A model generated the notes under the pieces. The model did no database searches. It was given only the letters and a program-made list of their open reading frames with translations, and was not told the origin of the DNA. Below, piece by piece: positions 16,886 to 24,500 of a stretch of DNA of 64,000 nt. The stretch's first letter is position 1. Each line of letters opens with the position of its first letter. Location of the stretch: the IMG/VR virus record IMGVR_UViG_3300020576_003495, positions 1 to 64,000 of that record; one strand, written 5' to 3'. This DNA comes from a virus (taxonomy: Duplodnaviria > Caudoviricetes). Position numbers and translations under genes: made by a program.

Positions 16886-17194
16886 ATGGGTAAAGGATTA
16901 TCTTTGGGGGTGTCTGAGGGTAGGGTGATTTACCTTGGGGACACTCCGTTGACTGTCGTGTATATATCCCCTCGTAAAGATGAGATGGTGGTGTCTGTGA
17001 GGGGCACTGAGTTCGTGCTTGATGCGGTGGATTACATTGAGGTCATCCCCGATGTTTATGTAGGCGTTGGGCTTCCTGACCACGAGAAGACCAGAACACA
17101 AGCCCACATACTTATCAGCGCCCCACGTTCTGTCGTCATCCTACGCGACAACAATCGAGACAAACGAGTTGACAGTACGCTACAGTACCAGTAA
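16886..17194 (+). CDS. CsrA/RsmA-like protein with an internal insertion
   Basis: LSLGVSEGRVIYLGD...AHILISAPRSVVILRD matches the CsrA N- and C-terminal patterns. Confidence 0.55.
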   Translation: MGKGLSLGVSEGRVIYLGDTPLTVVYISPRKDEMVVSVRGTEFVLDAVDYIEVIPDVYVGVGLPDHEKTRTQAHILISAPRSVVILRDNNRDKRVDSTLQYQ

Positions 17195-17540
17195 GCCTTC
17201 GCCGGTTGAGGCCGCACCCACCACACCAACGGTTGTTACTCCGCACACACCGCGAAGAAAACGGATTGATGGGCGTACAGACGTGCGTACAGAAGGTCGT
17301 GGGTACTTGCGGGGTGTAGTTAGGCACAAGCCGCACGTTGAAGTGCTTGACAAACCAGAACCACAGGTATATACTCATAAACAATATGTGCGTTGTGCAT
17401 TCTGCAATGACACAAAACGGATTCTCGTGATAGACGATTGTGACTGTTGTGGTAAAGACAAGAACTGTCGTAAGTGCCACGGGACAAATGAAATACGAAA
17501 CACTATACCTTGCCAAGAGTGCAAGACGAAAGGGCGATAA
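17067..17540 (+). CDS. hypothetical protein with DnaJ-like Zn finger (start uncertain)
   Basis: CAFC..CDCC..CRKC..CQEC; an internal promoter suggests a shorter gene. Confidence 0.45.
   Translation: MGFLTTRRPEHKPTYLSAPHVLSSSYATTIETNELTVRYSTSKPSPVEAAPTTPTVVTPHTPRRKRIDGRTDVRTEGRGYLRGVVRHKPHVEVLDKPEPQVYTHKQYVRCAFCNDTKRILVIDDCDCCGKDKNCRKCHGTNEIRNTIPCQECKTKGR
17347..17375 (+). promoter_or_regulatory. phage sigma70-like promoter (TTGACAAA class)
   Basis: TTGACA-17-TATACT. Confidence 0.7.
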
Positions 17541-17990
17541 ATGTCTGCTGTACAAAATTTTGATTTCTCTTTTGGTGGATCACCCCGCAGGATTGTGGGT
17601 GGCCCTTACCGTGTCAAGCCTGATGGTTTTTTCGGCGTGAAGATGGCAAAAGAGATTAATCATCCTTGCAATATCGACATCCCCACAGAAGATTTTTCTG
17701 TGCCGGATAAAGAAGATTTGGATCGCGGGATCAGGCAAGCGCTTATCCCAATCGCACGCAAAAAACCGATGTATGTCGGGTGCATGGGGGGTATTGGTCG
17801 GACTGGCCTGTTCTTTGGTGCGCTGATGACTCTGCTTGGCGAAGAAAAAGCCGTTCAATACGTGCGAGACAACTACAAGAGCCACGCCATTGAAACGAAA
17901 GAACAACAAGCGCTAGTGACGGACTATAGCCCTAGCCTAAAAACCAAGGTGACGTTGGAAGTGGCGAAAGTAATTGCATTGTTCTATTGA
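17541..17990 (+). CDS. dual-specificity/protein-tyrosine phosphatase
   Basis: DFSVP, VGCMGGIGRTG (CX5R), VR..Y..HAIET.EQ. Confidence 0.88.
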   Translation: MSAVQNFDFSFGGSPRRIVGGPYRVKPDGFFGVKMAKEINHPCNIDIPTEDFSVPDKEDLDRGIRQALIPIARKKPMYVGCMGGIGRTGLFFGALMTLLGEEKAVQYVRDNYKSHAIETKEQQALVTDYSPSLKTKVTLEVAKVIALFY

Positions 17991-18015
17991 CAAACTTATG
18001 GCAGTGTAGTATCCT
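17987..18015 (+). promoter_or_regulatory. phage sigma70-like promoter (TTGACAAA class)
   Basis: TTGACA-17-TATCCT; AACGGAG RBS downstream. Confidence 0.75.
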
Positions 18016-18043
18016 CAAGCAATACTGAATCAACGGAGTGATT

Positions 18044-19021
18044 ATGAATTTAGAGCATTACAAAAAGGCGTTGCTATTCAAGCAGCAAGACGTTAGTGGG
18101 ACTCCACTGGTGTCTACGGCACAGCAACTCTCAAAATACCTCAAGGCGAATACGTCAGTCGGTGTTGAAGAAGAAGCGATTCTTTTCTATCTTCTCAACG
18201 ACGCTTTTGGCCGTCTGGGTTCACAATTCGACAAAAAAGAAAATCTGTCCGAAGAAGCGGACGCCTTGGCTCGGTTGTATCTGAAAAAAGCGTCTGAAAG
18301 TTCTGCTCGCCTGTTCTACTACATCCTTACCATTATTACACGCGAAGCTAGGCACGCCCCTTCACACTGTATTGCTAAGCTTGACCCGCAGTACAAGATC
18401 ACTGAGTTCATCAAGGGGCTAAAAAGTAACGCCTCGTCAAGTACAGCGGCGGATTACATGAAAGATGGCTGCGCGTCTACGCTCAGCGGTGTGTCTTTGG
18501 GCGAGTACGTGGCGGGGATTGTTGACGTGTTCAAGAAGTGGGGCAACCCAAACAACTTTGGTGGGAAGCCGTGGGCTGAAATCGCTGAAGTTCTGAGGAA
18601 AGTCGTTTTCGGTGAAATTTCTCTGGAATTGATGAATGACTTGTCGTGGTCGCTTGCACACAACAACGGCCCGATGTTCAACAAGGGCATGCTCTACGAC
18701 CACTACACAAAAGAGTTGCTGAAGATTCTTGACGTGCAGCGCTCGGGGCAGATTAGGGAGTACGTAGCTAACGGTGAACTTGGTAACTGTACGCACGCTC
18801 TGCATGATGCTTTGTCGGCTATTGATGCCTGTTTGCCTTGCCCAGACCCGCTTTATGTTGATTGGTTCAAGGTAGAGGCGCTAGGCGCTTTGGGTGATTA
18901 TCCAAGTGAAAAAGCTAAACAGGTAGCAGCACACGGGGCGTATTCTAAGGCGTATGCGAAGAAACAAATTTATGTCACGCCCAAATCGTATGCTTCTGTG
19001 ATTGAACGGAGTGCGGCATGA
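18044..19021 (+). CDS. conserved phage protein of unknown function
   Basis: REARH, FGGKPWAEIA, LAHNNGPMFNK motifs. Confidence 0.8.
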   Translation: MNLEHYKKALLFKQQDVSGTPLVSTAQQLSKYLKANTSVGVEEEAILFYLLNDAFGRLGSQFDKKENLSEEADALARLYLKKASESSARLFYYILTIITREARHAPSHCIAKLDPQYKITEFIKGLKSNASSSTAADYMKDGCASTLSGVSLGEYVAGIVDVFKKWGNPNNFGGKPWAEIAEVLRKVVFGEISLELMNDLSWSLAHNNGPMFNKGMLYDHYTKELLKILDVQRSGQIREYVANGELGNCTHALHDALSAIDACLPCPDPLYVDWFKVEALGALGDYPSEKAKQVAAHGAYSKAYAKKQIYVTPKSYASVIERSAA

Positions 19022-19860
19022 ACAAGCCGATGGATTGGGATTCTTGGAAGAAAGCAAAAGACCTTGCTTTGGCGAGTCGTACTGGCTCATCAAAAGGAAA
19101 AGTCATACCTTTCAATGACGCCAAAGCTACGTTCAGCACCAGCAAAACGAAAGCACCTGTGCGCGTGACTAAATCAACTCTCCCGAAGTGTGCACACAGC
19201 CACCCCGCGTTGGCAATAGGTGACTACAAAATTTACGGTGGGTCATGTTTAGACCCCGTGGTTAAAGACGCCGATGTTTACGTGGGCTTTGAGCGGAGCA
19301 TGGAACAGTTCAAAATCTATCCGTGGTCTGGTCGTATCGCCTTCGAATTCCATATCGTAGACAGCGGTGTTCCTGACAACATCGTTGAATTCAGGAAGCT
19401 GCTGGGCTATCTTGAAGACGCCTTGAAATCAGGGAAGAAGGTGCACTTGGGGTGCATTGGCGGACACGGAAGAACGGGTACGGTGCTGGCTGCTCTGGTT
19501 ATGCACATGACGGGCAACAAAAACGCCATTGAGTACGTGCGAACAAACTACTGCAAAAAAGCGGTAGAGAGTCAAAAGCAGATTGATTGGCTCAACAAGC
19601 ACTTTGGTATCGACAAGGTTGCCCCGTCAAAAACTTACCCCATAGCGGCACGGTACGGTGAGTACGAAGATAAGTATTACTCCGCGTTGGGTGTGGATAA
19701 GGGTTTTTATGCGAACAGGGAGCTAGACTTTTCTTCGTCAGGTTTACAGAAGGGGCACTCTGTTATTGCAAAGTCAACAAAGGGTCACGGCTCGGATGGG
19801 TACGTACAGACATGTAGCGTAACCCCGGTCAAGGTAAAAGGCAACGTTTGGGGGTTCTGA
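19018..19860 (+). CDS. dual-specificity/protein-tyrosine phosphatase
   Basis: IVDSGVP, HLGCIGGHGRTG (CX5R), VR.NYCKKAVES..Q. Confidence 0.88.
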   Translation: MNKPMDWDSWKKAKDLALASRTGSSKGKVIPFNDAKATFSTSKTKAPVRVTKSTLPKCAHSHPALAIGDYKIYGGSCLDPVVKDADVYVGFERSMEQFKIYPWSGRIAFEFHIVDSGVPDNIVEFRKLLGYLEDALKSGKKVHLGCIGGHGRTGTVLAALVMHMTGNKNAIEYVRTNYCKKAVESQKQIDWLNKHFGIDKVAPSKTYPIAARYGEYEDKYYSALGVDKGFYANRELDFSSSGLQKGHSVIAKSTKGHGSDGYVQTCSVTPVKVKGNVWGF

Positions 19861-19926
19861 AAAAATTCGGGTTGCTGTCGTCGGTGTTTACTGGCGACTC
19901 TAAGGGTGTCAGTGATAGCACTGTGC

Positions 19927-19955
19927 TTGACAAACTGAATAAAACGGACTATACT
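19927..19955 (+). promoter_or_regulatory. phage sigma70-like promoter (TTGACAAA class)
   Basis: TTGACA-17-TATACT; AACGGAG RBS then ATG 19986. Confidence 0.8.
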
Positions 19956-19985
19956 TCTAACAAATTAACTGCAACGGAGTGCGAA

Positions 19986-20828
19986 ATGGCGATTATGTAT
20001 AACAAAGGAACAGACTACTCAATTCTTAAGAGTTTGGGCGTGCCGAACGACCAATTACAGATACTTAAGTTTTCTTGTGTTATCTTGTCTGTTGGCACGG
20101 ACATCATCCGACTTGAAAAGGGTCAGTACAAACTTGAACTTTCGTTCGGTTCCCTTGGCGTTGGCAATGCCGTCAAGAACCCAAAAGCCACGATCAAGGT
20201 GGGTACGCTAGACGGTGGGGTATCTTTTCTACCGGCAGATTTAGCCGTTGCTAATTTCGTTTCTACGTTCATTTCCGAGATTGTGAATACGGCCAGTAGC
20301 ATTGATAACCTTGGTGTGCTCGTCCCTGATTCCCCCAGTTCATTCATCAGCAAGCCGAAAAAGATTCATTACGACCCCAACACAAACATTACTACCGACA
20401 GTGTAGGTGCGAAAACTTTAGGTGAGTTGCTGAAGGAAAAACTGACAACTATCCCCGAAGTAACTCTGGAAGATAACTACGCCAGTCTTCCTGTGGTTAA
20501 ACTCCGCGATGCGACGGTGCTGTATCAACGTGTGGAAGGGACTGATCCTTCGTCGGTTTATCGGCTGGTGGCTGCAAATGACAAGGTTAAGATGGCTGTT
20601 CGCGTGAAGCATGGCGTCACGCTTTCTATCCGTCTTGAGGGCACTATAAGCGATACTGTAGCGAATAAGCTGATTGGGTACGGACTCTCGAAAAAGAATT
20701 CGGGGCACTACAGCGGTCATTTTGACTGCAAGCAGTGCACGCCTGAGAATTTTATTGGCGCACTCATTGTGGGGTCTGGAATCCGCTTTACTACCCCCAT
20801 CCCCGACTACAGCAAGGTGTCCAAGTGA
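19986..20828 (+). CDS. phage hypothetical protein
   Basis: Start re-assigned to ATG 19986 from the promoter and RBS. Confidence 0.75.
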   Translation: MAIMYNKGTDYSILKSLGVPNDQLQILKFSCVILSVGTDIIRLEKGQYKLELSFGSLGVGNAVKNPKATIKVGTLDGGVSFLPADLAVANFVSTFISEIVNTASSIDNLGVLVPDSPSSFISKPKKIHYDPNTNITTDSVGAKTLGELLKEKLTTIPEVTLEDNYASLPVVKLRDATVLYQRVEGTDPSSVYRLVAANDKVKMAVRVKHGVTLSIRLEGTISDTVANKLIGYGLSKKNSGHYSGHFDCKQCTPENFIGALIVGSGIRFTTPIPDYSKVSK

Positions 20829-21046
20829 AGCTTGTAAAGGACATATCCAAGGAAGATTTCAGCGGTCTTGCTATCGGGGACGGCTTTGAAACACGGGGGG
20901 TTTTCTTCGGGGTTAGTGGCGAGCCTTTGGTTTGGACGCTGCGTGAAATTTCCTACTCACGTGAGTACTTCTTTACGGTGACCTATTTTGGTGTTTTTGT
21001 GGGGGAGTACTGTGTGTCCAATGGCGTAGCCACGGAGCTAGCATGA
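20825..21046 (+). CDS. phage hypothetical protein
   Basis: 73 aa, GTGA coupling. Confidence 0.6.
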   Translation: MKLVKDISKEDFSGLAIGDGFETRGVFFGVSGEPLVWTLREISYSREYFFTVTYFGVFVGEYCVSNGVATELA

Positions 21047-21579
21047 GAAAAGAATTCAACGATGAAATAACTTCGCTGGCTGATGTTCTTCAGATTACCG
21101 TGGACATGCATTCGCGTGATAATAGCACTTTGCTCACTGGTGGACGGCTGTTTAAACTCCCTCTAAGCAGTGCTGCGGGTGAAGACGCTGACTTGCATGT
21201 ACGCGCTAAAATAGAAGGTTCCTTTGTCGCAGAAGGGAGTGCAGCGGTGCTGGTGCATCTTAAAGGGCGGCTGTTCGTCTACCTGAGTTGTACCAAGGAA
21301 GATAAGTCTTCCTCTTACGGGGATTGTTTGCTAGACTTGCGCATTCTTGACGCGGGTAAAGGGGGCGTCAGGATGCTGCGGATAGCGGCACACGATGTTA
21401 GCATCGGCATAGCACGAAAACTATTAAAGCCTTACACCAAAGCTGTATTTAAAAAAACCACCAAAGACGTTCAATGGAAGGCTGTGGATGGGAAAGCTTA
21501 TACTGTGGTCAAAGGGAATAGACCCCAACCAGTCAAAGATGTTGCCGCCTCTGTTGAAGGGAACGGGTGTAACGTGTAG
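21043..21579 (+). CDS. phage hypothetical protein
   Basis: 178 aa, ACGGAG RBS. Confidence 0.7.
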   Translation: MRKEFNDEITSLADVLQITVDMHSRDNSTLLTGGRLFKLPLSSAAGEDADLHVRAKIEGSFVAEGSAAVLVHLKGRLFVYLSCTKEDKSSSYGDCLLDLRILDAGKGGVRMLRIAAHDVSIGIARKLLKPYTKAVFKKTTKDVQWKAVDGKAYTVVKGNRPQPVKDVAASVEGNGCNV

Positions 21580-24500
21580 GAACATCGGATTCAAGGAAGG
21601 GGAACTTCCTGAGTCGGCTGTGGGTGATGTAGTTATAGCATTAGGAAATCACCCCCTAGATGAGCTAAAAAAGCAAGGCATCGTCCCCAAGAACCGAACG
21701 ATAGGTTCAATGCGCGGTGTAGAAAAGGCGCTCCCATCGGGGGCGTCTTTGTTCGTCTCGTATTCCTTCAGTATCAGGTCAGTTGACTACTCCCTGTCGA
21801 TTGACTTGTGCGGGGACATAAAACTTGCGGTAAGAAAGCTGCTTACAGGGAGTGTCAAGCCCCCCGCTTTGGATTTCCAGTGGGTGCAGGACTTAACGGG
21901 CGTGATAGAGCAGCTAGACGCCTTGGTAGCGTCAAAAAAGACTATGGTGGACGTAGCAATAGACCTTGAAACCACGGGTCTGGTTGCGTATGACAAGTCC
22001 ACATGGATTGTCACCTTTCAAATCTCGCTGGATACCAAATCATCCCGCGTCATCCATTTCGATCAAGACTTTCAACCCAGAAACCCGAAGGGCGCGGCTA
22101 CGTGCCGTGAAGAACTAATCTGGCTTCAAGTCAACTACATCCTTACTCACCCCCAAGTTTCGATGAAGGGGGCGAACCTAAAGTACGATCTAAACTGGCT
22201 GCACGAGAAGTGGGGGATTCACTGCACCAACTTCAAGATGGACACCCTGTTGGTGGGGAGTCTGCTGGACGAAAACCGTTCTAATAGTTTGAAAACGCAC
22301 GCTCACGTTTACACGATCTACGGGGGGTATGAACTAGAGCTAAACCAGAACTACGACATAGCACGCCCCCAAGACGTTCCGCCTGATGTTCTTCTTCCGT
22401 ACTGCGGATACGATACGACAGTCTGCCTAGAAGCTGCGGAGAAGATGCGGCACGAGCTAGTTACTTACCGCTACCCTGCAACCTTAGACGGGGTGGGTGA
22501 TGTGCACGACCTTCCCATGTTGGCTAACTTTTACATAAAAATCCTGCACCCTGCCGCACGGGCGTATGAAGAAGTTGAGCAAGTCGGTGTTCTGGTCGAC
22601 ACGGTTTATTATAATAAATTCAAGCGTGAGCTACAGGCTGACACAAAAAACAACGCTGTACGTGCCCTAGCCATGCTGCCGGGGAGAATAAAAGCCAAGT
22701 ACAGAGACAACTTGGACTTGTCCCGAGCGGCTATGTTGGGGTGCTTCTTCTTTTCAAAATTGGGCATGAAGTTAAAGCCCGTAATGTTTACCCCGAAGCC
22801 CGACAAAAAGACAGGACTACCCAAACCATCAACGGCGATGGAACACTTCTTGAAGTTCGAGAAGAATCCTGTTGCTGCACCCTTCATCAAAGTGGTGAAA
22901 GAGTACAAGGACATTTCAAAAACCCTGAGCACTTACGTTGTGGGGTTCATGAAGCATCTTCGGTATGACGACCGTTTTCATGCAGGGTATTCATTGTATC
23001 GGGGTGCGTTGGAAAGCGATGAGCGTGACGCTGGTGCTGTATGCTTTCCTTCTGGTGAGCTAATACTAACCAATCGCGGTTACTTGCCTATTGAAGACGT
23101 AAAGATCAATGACTTAGTTATCTCTCACACAGGGGAACCGAAAGCTGTTTTTGATTTTATACCCAACGGTATTAAGCCGATTAAAAAGGTAACTCTGTCT
23201 AACGGTTTGTCGCTACGGACGACGAATAACCACCCCTACCTTTCTAATGGTGCGTGGGTTAATGCCGAAGATTTGAAAGTCGGGGACTCCGTTACTGTCC
23301 ATTCAGACGTTGAGGTATGGAAGCCCGTTCCTGATTGGGGCTACTCAGTGTCTAGTTGGGGGCGCGTCAAGTCACACTACAGCGGTAAGATTATAAAGGC
23401 GCATCAGAAGGGTAAGTGGGGGCATTTAAAAGTTCAATTTGCGCGGAACGGTTCTCAGGTCAGGGGAGAAGACCGCAGAGATTTTTCTCTGCATAGATTA
23501 GTGGCGTTAGCCTTCATACCAAACCCCGAAGGACATACCGAAGTTATGCACTTGAACGGCATTGCTTGGGATAACACGGTTGGAAATCTAGCTTGGGGTT
23601 CTGGGAAAACCAATCGTGACGATGCTTCGCAGCAAGGGCGGCTTAATAAGACACGCGGATCACAGGCAAAACTAACATGGGAGTCTGTGCAGCTAATTCG
23701 TGCGTCAACATTAAGCGACGGTGTTCTTGGCAAGATGCTTGGTGTGGCTAGGGAAAGTGTGCGTGACGCCAGAACAGGCAAACGGTGGAATAAAGACCCG
23801 CAATGGACGTACCCCAATAATTTTTATGAAGCATCCGTTGTTTGCATTGAAGACCAAGAGCCTGAGCCTACCTTTGGTGTTTCAGTGGCGGATAACTACT
23901 CGCATGTGTCGGGGGGCGTGGTAACGCACAACACAGGCCGCATCTCAATCACAGACCCGGCGCTTCAATGTTTAGAAGGTAGCACTACAGTCTTGACCGA
24001 AAAGGGAGAACACACTATACTCTCTGTGGTTCAGGGCGTAGAGCGCGGGGAAGGATTTACGGTACTAACCCATACTGGTGAGTGGAAGCCCGTGATTGGT
24101 GCTTATCGTAACGGTGTACAACCGTTATTGCGGATTACCACTAAATCAGGGGCAACTGTTGAATGCACAACTAATCACCCGTGGTTAACTGATATTGGGT
24201 TTGTTAAAGCCGACAAACTAGAAGTTGGGGCTTCGGTGTGGAGATACTATGAAGAAGCAGCGCGTGGTGGCGGGGATGAAAATAGGGCGTTGGACAGTCG
24301 TGCAGGACTTGGGTACGATTCTGGACGGCCATCGGAGATACGTCTGCCAGTGCGAATGTGGAACCATTCGGGAGCTTCGGGCGGGGTCACTGACTGTAAC
24401 GACTCCGAGCATGTCTTGTGGTTGTTACAGGCGGGACAGGCTAACAACACATGGTCACAACCGCAGAGGGAAGACATCATCTACCTATTGGTCATGGCAG

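Noticed and set aside
19848-19985. N-terminal extension of the 19848 ORF
   Set aside because: The region contains a consensus promoter and RBS pointing to ATG 19986
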